Shown here in pieces: positions 14,901 through 29,000 of a stretch of DNA of 64,000 nucleotides. The position numbers were made by a program, and so were the translations under genes. Every line of letters begins with the position of its first letter. Within the stretch, counting starts at the first letter, position 1. The stretch comes from the human T2T-CHM13v2.0 reference genome, Homo sapiens, in NCBI RefSeq assembly GCF_009914755.1, contig NC_060925.1; one strand, given 5' to 3'. The notes under the pieces were generated by a model. It ran no database searches. It was not told the origin of the DNA and worked only from the letters and a program-made list of their open reading frames with translations.

Positions 14901-17900
14901 GAATGGAATCGGATGGAATCATCGAATGGACTCGAATGGAATAATCATTGAACGGAATCGAATGGAATCATCATCGGATGGAAATGAAAGGAGTCATCAT
15001 CTAATGGAATTGCATGGAATCATCATAAAATGGACTCGAATGGAATCATCGAATGGAATGGAATGGAACAGTCAAGGAACTCGAATGGAATCATCATTGA
15101 ATGGAATCGAATGGAATCATCGAGTGGAATCGAATGGAATTATGATCAAATGGAATCGAATGTAATCATCATCAAATGGAATCAAAAATAACCATCATCA
15201 ATTGGTATTGAATGGAATTGTCATCAAATGGAATTCAAAGGAAACATCATCAAATGGAACCGAATGGAATCCTCATTGAATGGAAATGAAAGGGGTCATC
15301 ATCTAATGGAATCGCATGGAATCATCATCAAATGGAATCGAATGGAATCATCATCAAATGGAATCTAATGGAATCATTCAACAGAATTGAATGGAATCGT
15401 CATCGAATGAATTGAATGCAATCATCGAATGGTCTCGAATGGAACCATCTTCTAATGGAAAGGAATGGAATCATCGCATAGAATCGAATGGAATTGTCAT
15501 CGAATGGAATCGAATGGTATCAACACCAAACGGAAAAAAACGGAATTATCGAATGGAATCGAAGAGAATCTTCGAACGGACCCGAATGGAATCATCTAAT
15601 GGAATGGAATGGAATAATCCATGGTCTCGAATGCAATCATCATCGAATGGAATCGAATGGAATCATCGAATGGACTCGAATGCAATAATCATTGAACGGA
15701 ATCGAATGGAATCATCATCGGATGGAAACGAATGGAATCATCATCGGATGGGAATGAAAGGAGTCATCATCTAATGGAATTGCATGGAATCATCATCAAA
15801 TGGAATCGAATGGAATCAACATCAAATGGAATCAAATGGAATCATTGAACGGAATTGAATGGAATCGTCATCGAATGAATTGATTGCAATCATCGAATGG
15901 TCTCGAATGGAATCATCTTCAAATGGAATGGAATGGAATCATCGCATAGAATAGAATGGAATTCTCATCGAATGGAATCGAATGGAATCAACATCAAACG
16001 GAAAAAAACGGAATTATCGAATGGAATCGAAGAGAATCATCGAATGGACCCGAATGGAATCATCTAATGGAATGGAATGGAATAATCCATGGACTCGAAT
16101 GCAATCATCATCGAATGGAATCGAATGGAATCATCGAATGGACTCGAATGGAATAATCATTGAACGGAATCGAATGGAATCATCATCGGATGGAAATGAA
16201 TGGAATCATCATCGAATGGAATCGAATAGAATTATGGAATGAAATCCAGTGTGATCATCATCGAATGGACCCGAATGGAATCATCATCCAACGGAAGCTA
16301 ATGGAATCAACATCGAATGAATCAAATGGAAACACCATCGAATTGAAACGAATGGAATTACCATGAAATTGAAATGGATGGACTCATCATCATATGGATT
16401 CGAGTGGAATCATCGAATAAAATTGATTGAAATCATCATCGAATGGAATCGAATGGTATCATTGAATGGAATCGAATGGAATCATCATTAGATGGAAATG
16501 AAAGGAATCGTCTTAGAATGGAATCGAATGGATTCATTGAATGGAATCAGATGGAATCATTGAATGGACTGGAATGGAATCATTGAATGGACTCGAAAGG
16601 GATCATTATTGAATGGAATTGAATGGAATCATCGAATGTCTCGATTGGAATCATTATCAAATGGAATCGAATGGAATCACCGAATAGAATCGAATGGAAC
16701 AATCATCGAATGGACTCAAATGGAATTATCCTCAAATGGAATTGAATGGAATTATCGAATGCAATCGAATGGAATTATCGAATGCAATCGAATAGAATCA
16801 TCGAATGGACTCGAATGGAATCATCGAATGGAATGGAATGGAACAGTCAATGAACTCGAATGGAATCATCATTGAATGGAATCGAATGGAATCATCGAGT
16901 GGAATCGAATGTAATCATCATCAAATGGAATCAAAAATAACCATCATCAAATGGAATCAAAAATAACCATCATCAATTGGTATTGAATGGAATTCTCATC
17001 AAATGGAATTCAAAGGAATCATCATCAAATGGAACCGAATGGAATCCTCATTGAATGGAAATGAAAGGGGTCATCATCTAATGGAATCACATGGAATCAT
17101 CATAAAATGGAATCGAATGGAATCAACATCAAATGGAATCTGATGGAATCATTGAACAGAATTGAATGGAATCGTCATCGAATGAATTGAATTCAATCAT
17201 CGAATGGTCTCGAATGTAATCACATTCTAATGGAAAGGAATGGAATCATCGCATAGAATCGAATGGAATTAACATTGAATGGACTCGAATGGAATCAACA
17301 TAAAACGGAATCAAGCGGAATTATCGAATGGAATCGAAGAGAATCATCGAATGGTCTCGAATGGAATCATCTTCTAATGGAAAGGAATGGAATCATCTCA
17401 TAGAATCGAATGGAATTAACATTGAATGGATTCGAATGGAATCAACATCAAATGCAATCAAGCGGAATTGTCGAATGAAATCGAAGAGAATCATCGAATG
17501 GACTCGAATGGAATCATCTAATGGAATGGAATGGAATAATCCACGGACTCGAATGCAATCATCATCGTATAGAATCGAATGGAATCATCGAAAGGACTCG
17601 AATGGGATAACCATTGAACGGAATCGAATGGAATCATCATCGGATGGAAACGAATGGAATCATCATCGAATGGAAATGAAAGGAGTCATCATCTAATGGA
17701 ATTGCATGGAATCATCATCAAATGGAATCGAATGGAATCATCATCAAATGGAATCAAATGGAATCATTGAACGGAATTGAATGGAATCGTCATCGAATGA
17801 ATTGAATGCAATCATCGAATGGTCTCGAATGGAATCATCTTCAAATGGAATGGAATGAAATCATCGCATAGAATCGAATGGAATTATCATCGAATGGAAT

Positions 17901-19585
17901 CGAATGGTATCAACATCAAACGGAAAAAAACGGAATTATCGAATGGAATCGAAGAGAATCTTCGAACGGACCCGAATGGAATCATCTAATGGAATGGAAT
18001 GGAATAATCCATGGACTCGAATGCAATCATCATCGAATGGAATCGAATGGAATCATCGAATGGACTCGAATGGAATAATCATTGAACGGAATCGAATGGA
18101 ATCATCATCGGATGGAAATGAATGGAATCATCATCGAATGGAATCGAATAGAATTATGGAATGAAATCCAGTGTGATCATCATCGAATGGACCCGAATGG
18201 AATCATCATCCAACGGAAGCTAATGGAATCAACATCGAATGAATCGAAAGGAAACACCATCGAATTGAAACGAATGGAATTATCATGAAATTGAAATGGA
18301 TGGACTCATCATCGAATGGATTCGAATGGAATCATCGAATAAAATTGATTGAAATCATCATCGAATGGAATCGAATGGTATCATTGAATGGAATCGAATG
18401 GAATCATCATCAGATGGAAATGAATGGAATCGTCATAGAATGGAATCGAATGGATTCATTGAATGGAATCAGATGGAATCATCGAATGGACTGGAATGGA
18501 ATCATTGAATGGACTCGAAAGGGATCATGATTGAATGGAATTGAATGGAATCATCGAATGGTCTCGATTGGAATCATTATCAAATGGAATCGAATGGAAT
18601 CACCGAATAGAATCGAATGGAACAATCATCGAATGGACTCAAATGGAATTATCCTCAAATGGAATCGAATGGAATTATCGAATGCAATCAAATGGAATTA
18701 TCGAATGCAATCGAATAGAATCATCGAATGGACTCGAATGGAATCATCGAATGGAATGGAATGGAACAGTCAATGAACTCGAATGGAATCATCATTGAAT
18801 GGAATCGAATGGAATCATCGAGTGGAATCGAATGGAATTATGATCAAATGGAATCGAATGTAATCATCATCAAATGGAATCAAAAATAACCATCATCAAT
18901 TGGTATTGAATGGAATTGTCATCAAATGGAATTCAAAGGAATCATCATCAAATGGAACCGAATGGAATCCTCATTGAATGGAAATGAAAGGGGTCATCAT
19001 CTAATGGAATCGCATGGAATCATCATCAAATGGAATCGAATGGAATCATCATCAAATGGAATCTAATGGAATCATTGAACAGAATTGAATGGAATCGTCA
19101 TCGAATGAATTGAATGCAATCATCGAATGGTCTCGAATGGAATCATCTTCTAATGGAAAGGAATGGAATCATCGCATAGAATCGAATGGAATTATCATCG
19201 AATGGAATCGAATGGTATCAACACCAAACGGAAAAAAACGGAATTATCGAATGGAATCGAAGAGAATCTTCGAACGGACCCGAATGGAATCATCTAATGG
19301 AATGGAATGGAATAATCCACGGACTCGAATGCAATCATCATCGTATAGAATCGAATGGAATCATCGAAAGGACTCGAATGGAATAACCGTTGAACGGAAT
19401 CGAATGGAATCATCATCGGATGGAAACGAATGGAATCATCATCGAATGGAAATGAAAGGAGTCATCATCTAATGGAATTGCATGGAATCATCATAAAATG
19501 GAATCGAATGGAATCATCATCAAATGGAATCAAATGGAATCATTGAACGGAATTGAATGGAATCGTCATCGAATGAATTGAATGC

Positions 19586-22500
19586 AATCATCGAATGGTC
19601 TCGAATGGAATCATCTTCAAATGGAATGGAATGGAATCATCGCATAGAATCGAATGGAATTATCATCGAATGGAATCGAATGGTATCAACATCAAACGGA
19701 AAAAAACGGAATTATCGAATGGAATCGAAGAGAATCTTCGAACGGACCCGAATGGAATCATCTAATGGAATGGAATGGAATAATCCATGGACTCGAATGC
19801 AATCATCATCGAATGGAATCGAATGGAATCATTGAAAGGACTCGAATGGAATAATCATTGAACGGAATCGAATGGAATCATCATCGGATGGAAATGAATG
19901 GAATCATCATCGAATGGAATCGAATAGAATTATGGAATGAAATCCAGTGTGATCATCATCGAATGGACCCGAATGGAATCATCATCCAACGGAAGCTAAT
20001 GGAATCAACATCGAATGAATCGAATGGAAACACCATCGAATTGAAACGAATGGAATTATCATGAAATTGAAATGGATGGACTCATCATCGAATGGATTCG
20101 AATGGAATCATCGAATAAAATTGATTGAAATCATCATCGAATGGAATCGAATGGTATCATTGAATGGAATCGAATGGAATCATCATCAGATGGAAATGAA
20201 TGGAATCGTCATAGAATGGAATCGAATGGATTCATTGAATGGAATCAGATGGAATCATCGAATGGACTGGAATGGAATCATTGAATGGACTCGAAAGGGA
20301 TCATTATTGAATGGAATTGAATGGAATCATCGAATGGTCTCGATTGGAATCATTATCAAATGGAATCGAATGGAATCACCGAATAGAATCGAATGGAACA
20401 ATCATCGAATGGACTCCAATGGAATTATCCTCAAATGGAATCGAATGGAATTATCGAATGCAATCGAATGGAATTATCGAATGCAATCGAATAGAATCAT
20501 CGAATGGACTCGAATGGAATCATCGAATGGAATGGAATGGAACAGTCAATGAACTCGAATGGAATCATCATTGAATGGAATCGAATTGAATCATCGAGTG
20601 GAATCGAAAGGAATTATGACCAAATGGAATCGAATGTAATCATCATCAAATGGAATCAAAAATAAACATCATCAATTGGTATTGAATGGAATTGTCATCA
20701 AATGGAATTCAAAGGAATCATCATCAAATGGAACCGAATGGAATCCTCATTGAATGGAAATGAAAGGGGTCATCATCTAATGGAATCGCATGGAATCATC
20801 ATCAAATGGAATCGAATGGAATCATCATCAAATGGAATCAAATGGAATCATTGAAAAGAATTGAATGGAATAGTCATCGAATGAATTGAATGCAATCATC
20901 GAATGGTCTCGAATGGAATCATCTTCTAATGGAAAGGAATGGAATCATCGCATAGAATCGAATGGAATTATCATCGAATGGAATCGAATGGTATCAACAC
21001 CAAACGGAAAAAAACGGAATTATCGAATGGAATCGAAGAGAATCTTCGAACGGACCCGAATGGAATCATCTAATGGAATGGAATGGAATAATCCATGGAC
21101 TCGAATGCAATCATCATCGAATGGAATCGAATGGAATCATCGAATGGACTCGAATGGAATAATCATTGAACGGAATCGAATGGAATCATCATCGGATGGA
21201 AACGAATGGAATCATCATCGAATGGAAATGAAAGGAGTCATCATCTAATGGAATTGCATGGAATCATCATAAAATGGAATCGAATGGAATCAACATCAAA
21301 TGGAATCAAATGGAATCATTGAACGGAATTGAATGGAATCGTCATCGAATGAATTGAATGCAATCATCGAATGGTCTCGAATGGAATCATCTTCAAATGG
21401 AATGGAATGGAATCATCGCATAGAATCGAATGGAATTATCATCGAATGGAATCGAATGGAATCAACATCAAACGGAAAAAAACGGAATTATCGAATGGAA
21501 TCGAAGAGAATCATCGAATGGACCCGAATGGAATCATCTAATGGAATGGAATGGAATAATCCATGGACTCGAATGCAATCATCATCGAATGGAATCGAAT
21601 GGAATCATCGAATGGACTCGAATGGAATAATCATTGAACGGAATCGAATGGAATCGTCATCGGATGGAAATGAATGGAATCATCATCGAATGGAATCGAA
21701 TAGAATTATGGAATGAAATCCAGTGTGATCATCATCGAATGGACCCGAATGGAATCATCATCCAACGGAAGCTAATGGAATCAACATCGAATGAATCGAA
21801 TGGAAACACCATCGAATTGAAACGAATGGAATTACCATGAAATTGAAATGGATGGACTCATCATCGAATGGATTCGAATGGAATCATCGAATAAAATTGA
21901 TTGAAATCATCATCGAATGGTATCGAATGGTATCATTGAATGGAATCGAATGGAATCATCCTCAGATGGAAATGAATGGAATCGTCATAGAATGGAATCG
22001 AATGGATTCATTGAATGGAATCAGATGGAATCATCGAATGGACTGGAATGGAATCATTGAATGGACTCGAAAGGGATCATTATTGAATGGAATTGAATGG
22101 AATCATCGAATGGTCCCGATTGGAATCATTATCAAATGGAATCGAATGGAATCACCGAATAGAATCGAATGGAACAATCATCGAATGGACTCAAATGGAA
22201 TTATCCTCAAATGGAATCGAATGGAATTATCGAATGCAATCGAATGGAATTATCGAATGCAATCGAATAGAATCATCGAATGGACTCGAATGGAATCATC
22301 GAATGGAATGGAATGGAACAGTCAATGAACTCGAATGGAATCATCATTGAATGGAATCGAATGGAATCATCGAGTGGAATCGAATGGAATTATGATCAAA
22401 TGGAATCGAATGTAATCATCATCAAATGGAATCAAAAATAACCATCATCAATTGGTATTGAATGGAATTCTCATCAAATGGAATTCAAAGGAATCATCAT

Positions 22501-25500
22501 CAAATGGAACTGAATGGAATCCTCATTGAATGGAAATGAAAGGGGTCATCATCTAATGGAATCGCATGGAATCATCATCAAATGGAATCGAATGGAATCA
22601 TCATCAAATGGAATCTGATGGAATCATTGAACAGAATTGAATGGAATCGTAATCGAATGAATTGAATGCAATCATCAAATGGTCTCGAATGTAATCACAT
22701 TCTAATGGAAAGGAATGGAATCATCGCATAGAATCGAATGGAATTAACATTGAATGGACTCGAATGGAATCTACATCAAACGGAATCAAGCGGAATTATC
22801 GAATGGAATCGAAGAGAATCATCGAATGGTCTCGAATGGAATCATCTTCAAATGGAATGGAATGGAATCATCGCATAGAATCGAATGGAATTATCATCGA
22901 ATGGAATCGAATGGTATCAACATCAAACGGAAAAAAACGGAATTATCGAATGGAATCGAAGAGAATCTTCGAACGGACCCGAATGGAATCATCTAATGGA
23001 ATGGAATGGAATAATCCATGGACTCGAATGCAATCATCATCGAATGGAATCGAATGGAATCATTGAAAGGACTCGAATGGAATAATCATTGAACGGAATC
23101 GAATGGAATCATCATCGGATGGAAATGAATGGAATCATCATCGAATGGAATCGAATAGAATTATGGAATGAAATCCAGTGTGATCATCATCGAATGGACC
23201 CGAATGGAATCATCATCCAACGGAAGCTAATGGAATCAACATCGAATGAATCGAATGGAAACACCATCGAATTGAAACGAATGGAATTATCATGAAATTG
23301 AAATGGATGGACTCATCATCGAATGGATTCGAATGGAATCATCGAATAAAATTGATTGAAATCATCATTGAATGGAATCGAATGGTATCATTGAATGGAA
23401 TCGAATGGAATCATCATCAGATGGAAATGAATGGAATCGTCATAGAATGGAATCGAATGGATTCATTGAATGGAATCAGATGGAATCATCGAATGGACTG
23501 GAATGGAATCATTGAATGGACTCGAAAGGGATCATTATTGAATGGAATTGAATGGAATCATCGAATGGTCTCGATTGGAATCATTATCAAATGGAATCGA
23601 ATGGAATCACCGAATAGAATCGAATGGAACAATCATCGAATGGACTCCAATGGAATTATCCTCAAATGGAATCGAATGGAATTATCGATTGCAATCGAAT
23701 GGAATTATCGAATGCAATCGAATAGAATCATCGAATGGACTCGAATGGAATCATCGAATGGAATGGAATGGAACAGTCAATGAACTCGAATGGAATCATC
23801 ATTGAATGGAATCGAATGGAATCATCGAGTGGAATCGAAAGGAATTATGACCAAATGGAATCGAATGTAATCATCATCAAATGGAATCAAAAATAACCAT
23901 CATCAATTGGTATTGAATGGAATTGTCATCAAATGGAATTCAAAGGAATCATCATCAAATGGAACCGAATGGAATCCTCATTGAATGGAAATGAAAGGGG
24001 TCATCATCTAATGGAATCGCATGGAATCATCATCAAATGGAATCGAATGGAATCATCATCAAATGGAATCAAATGGAATCATTGAAAAGAATTGAATGGA
24101 ATAGTCATCGAATGAATTGAATGCAATCATCGAATGGTCTCGAATGGAATCATCTTCTAATGGAAAGGAATGGAATCATCGCATAGAATCGAATGGAATT
24201 ATCATCGAATGGAATCGAATGGTATCAACACCAAACGGAAAAAAACGGAATTATCGAATGGAATCGAAGAGAATCTTCGAACGGACCCGAATGGAATCAT
24301 CTAATGGAATGGAATGGAATAATCCATGGACTCGAATGCAATCATCATCGAATGGAATGGAATGGAATCATCGAATGGACTCGAATGGAATAATCATTGA
24401 ACGGAATCGAATGGAATCATCATCGGATGGAAACGAATGGAATCATCATCGAATGGAAATGAAAGGAGTCACCATCTAATGGAATTGCATGGAATCATCA
24501 TCAAATGGAATCGAATGGAATCAACATCAAATGGAATCAAATGGAATCATTGAACGGAATTGAATGGAATCGTCATCGAATGAATTGAATGCAATCATCG
24601 AATGGTCTCGAATGGAATCATCTTCAAATGGAATGGAATGGAATCATCGCATAGAATCGAATGGAATTATCATCGAATGGAATCGAATGGAATCAACATC
24701 AAACGGAAAAAAACGGAATTATCGAATGGAATCGAAGAGAATCATCGAATGGACCCGAATGGAATCATCTAATGGAATGGAATGGAATAATCCATGGACT
24801 CGAATGCAATCATCATCGAATGGAATCGAATGGAATCATCGAATGGACTCGAATGGAATAATCATTGAACGGAATCGAATGGAATCGTCATCGGATGGAA
24901 ATGAATGGAATCATCATCGAATGGAATCGAATAGAATTATGGAATGAAATCCAGTGTGATCATCATCGAATGGACCCGAATGGAATCATCATCCAACGGA
25001 AGCTAATGGAATCAACATCGAATGAATCGAATGGAAACACCATCGAATTGAAACGAATGGAATTACCATGAAATTGAAATGGATGGACTCATCATCGAAT
25101 GGATTCGAATGGAATCATCGAATAAAATTGATTGAAATCATCATCGAATGGTATCGAATGGTATCATTGAATGGAATCGAATGGAATCATCCTCAGATGG
25201 AAATGAATGGAATCGTCATAGAATGGAATCGAATGGATTCATTGAATGGAATCAGATGGAATCATCGAATGGACTGGAATGGAATCATTGAATGGACTCG
25301 AAAGGGATCATTATTGAATGGAATTGAATGGAATCATCGAATGGTCCCGATTGGAATCATTATCAAATGGAATCGAATGGAATCACCGAATAGAATCGAA
25401 TGGAACAATCATCGAATGGACTCAAATGGAATTATCCTCAAATGGAATCGAATGGAATTATCGAATGCAATCGAATGGAATTATCGAATGCAATCGAATA

Positions 25501-26047
25501 GAATCATCGAATGGACTCGAATGGAATCATCGAATGGAATGGAATGGAACAGTCAATGAACTCGAATGGAATCATCATTGAATGGAATCGAATGGAATCA
25601 TCGAGTGGAATCGAATGGAATTATGATCAAATGGAATCGAATGTAATCATCATCAAATGGAATCAAAAATAACCATCATCAATTGGTATTGAATGGAATT
25701 CTCATCAAATGGAATTCAAAGGAATCATCATCAAATGGAACTGAATGGAATCCTCATTGAATGGAAATGAAAGGGGTCATCATCTAATGGAATCGCATGG
25801 AATCATCATCAAATGGAATCGAATGGAATCATCATCAAATGGAATCTGATGGAATCATTGAACAGAATTGAATGGAATCGTAATCGAATGAATTGAATGC
25901 AATCATCAAATGGTCTCGAATGTAATCACATTCTAATGGAAAGGAATGGAATCATCGCATAGAATCGAATGGAATTAACATTGAATGGACTCGAATGGAA
26001 TCTACATCAAACGGAATCAAGCGGAATTATCGAATGGAATCGAAGAG
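19586..26047 (+). repeat. Tandem duplication of a 3231-bp block (19586-22816 / 22817-26047)
   Basis: Constant 3231 offset of ORFs (20061/23292, 21837/25068) and shared rare variants (CATTGAAAGGACTC, GGACTCCAAT, GGTCCCGATT, CGTAATCG, CTACATC). Confidence 0.85.
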
Positions 26048-29000
26048 AATCATCGAATGGTCTCGAATGGAATCATCTTCTAATGGAAAGGAATGGAATC
26101 ATCTCATAGAATCGAATGGAATTAACATTGAATGGACTCGAATGGAATCAACATCAAATGGAATCAAGCGGAATTATCGAATGAAATCGAAGAGAATCAT
26201 CGAATGGACTCGAATGGAATCATCTAATGGAATGGAATGGAATAATCCACGGACTCGAATGCAATCATCATCGTATAGAATCGAATGGAATCATCGAAAG
26301 GAATCGAATGGAATAACAATTGAACGGAATCGAATGGAATCATCATCGGATGGAAACGAATGGAATCATCATCGAATGGAAATGAAAGGAGTCATCATCT
26401 AATGGAATTGCATGGAATCATCATCAAATGGAATCGAATGGAATCATCATCAAATGGAATCAAATGGAATCATTGAACGGAATTGAATGGAATCGTCATC
26501 GAATGAATTGAATGCAATCATCAAATGGTCTCGAATGGAATCATCTTCAAATGGAATGGAATGGAATCATCGCATAGAATCGAATGGAATTATCATCGAA
26601 TGGAATCGAATGGTATCAACATCAAACGGAAAAAAACGGAATTATCGAATGGAATCGAAGAGAATCTTCGAACGGACCCGAATGGAATCATCTAATGGAA
26701 TGGAATGGAATAATCCATGGACTCGAATGCAATCATCATCGAATGGAATCGAATGGAATCACTGAATGGACTCGAATGGAATAATCATTGAACGGAATCG
26801 AATGGAATCATCATCGGATGGAAATAAATGGAATGATCATCGAATGGAATCGAATATAATTATGGAATGAAATCCAGTGTGATCATCATCGAATGGACCC
26901 GAATGGAATCATCATCCAACGGAAGCTAATGGAATCAACATCGAATGAATCGAATGGAAACACCATCGAATTGAAACGAATGGAATTATCATGAAATTGA
27001 AATGGATGGACCCATCATCGAATGGATTCGAATGGAATCATCTAATAAAATTGATTGAAATCATCATCAAATGGAATCGAATGGTGTCATTGAATGGGAT
27101 CGAATGGAATCATCGTCAGATGGAAATGAATGGAATCGTCATAGAATGGAATCGAATGGATTCATTGAATGGAATCAGGTGGAATCATCGAATGGACTGG
27201 AATGGAATCATTGAATGTACTCGAATGGAATCATTATTGAATGGAATTGAATGGAATCATCGAATGGTCTCGATTGGAATCATTATCAAATGGAATCGAA
27301 TGGAATCACCGAATAGAATCGAATGGAACAATCATCGAATGGACTCAAATGGAATTATCCTCAAATGGAATGGAATGGAATTATCGAATGCAATCGAATG
27401 GAATTATCGAATGCAATCGAATAGAATCATCGAATGGACTCGAATGGAATCATCGAATGGAATGGAATGGAACAGTCAATGAACTCGAATGGAATCATCA
27501 TTGAATGGAATCGAATGGAATCATCGAGTGGAATCGAATGGAATTATGATCAAATGGAATCGAATGTAATCCTCATCAAATGGAATCAAAAATAACCATC
27601 ATCAATTGGTATTGAATGGAATTGTCATCAAATGGAATTCAAAGGAATCATCATCAAATGGAACCGAATGGAATCCTCATTGAATGGAAATGAAAGGGGT
27701 CATCATCTAATGGAATCGCATGGAATCATCATAAAATGGAATCGAATGGAATCATCATCAAATGGAATCTAATGGAATCATTGAAAGAATTGAATGGAAT
27801 CATCATCGAATGAATTGAATGCAATCATCGAATGGTCTCGAATGGAATCATCTTCTAATGGAAAGGAATGGAATCATCGCATAGAATCGAATGGAATTAT
27901 CATCGAATGGAATCGAATGGTATCAACACCAAACGGAAAAAAACGGAATTATGGAATGGAATCGAAGAGAATCTTCGAACGGACCCGAATGGAATCATCT
28001 AATGGAATGGAATGGAATAATCCATGGACACGAATGCAATCATCATCGAATGGAATCGAATGGAATCATCGAATGGACTCGAATGGAATAATCATTGAAC
28101 GGAATCGAATGGAATCATCATCGCATGGAAACGAATGGAATCATCATCGAATGGAAATGAAAGGAGTCATCATCTAATGGAATTGCATGGAATCATCATA
28201 AAATGGAATCGAATGGAATCAACATCAAATGGAATCAAATGGAATCATTGAAAGGAATTGAATGGAATCGTCATCGAATGAATTGAATGCAATCATCGAA
28301 TGGTCTCGAATGGAATCATCTTCAAATGGAATGGAATGGAATCATCGCAGAGAATCGAATGGAATTATCATCGAATGGAATCGAATGGAATCAACATCAA
28401 ACGGAAAAAAACGGAATTATCGAATGGAATCGAAGAGAATCATCGAATGGACCCGAATGGAATCATCTAATGGAATGGAATGGAATAATCCATGGACTCG
28501 AATGCAATCATCATCGAATGGAATCGAATGGAATCATCGAATGGACTCGAATGGAATAATCATTGAACGGAATCGAATGGAATCATCATCGGATGGAAAT
28601 GAATGGAATCATCATCGAATGGAATCGAATAGAATTATGGAATGAAATCCAGTGTGATCATCATCGAATGGACCCCAATGGAATCATCATCCAACGGAAG
28701 CTAATGGAATCAACATCGAATGAATCAAATGGAAACACCATCGAATTGAAACGAATGGAATTACCATGAAATTGAAATGGATGGACTCATCATCAAATGG
28801 ATTCGAGTGGAATCATCAAATAAAATTGATTGACATCATCATCGAATGGAATCGAATGGTATCATTGAATGGAATCGAATGGAATCATCATCAGATGGAA
28901 ATGAAAGGAATCGTCATAGAATGGAATCGAATGGATTCATTGAATGGAATCAGATGGAATCATTGAATGGACTGGAATGGAATCATTGAATGGACTCGAA

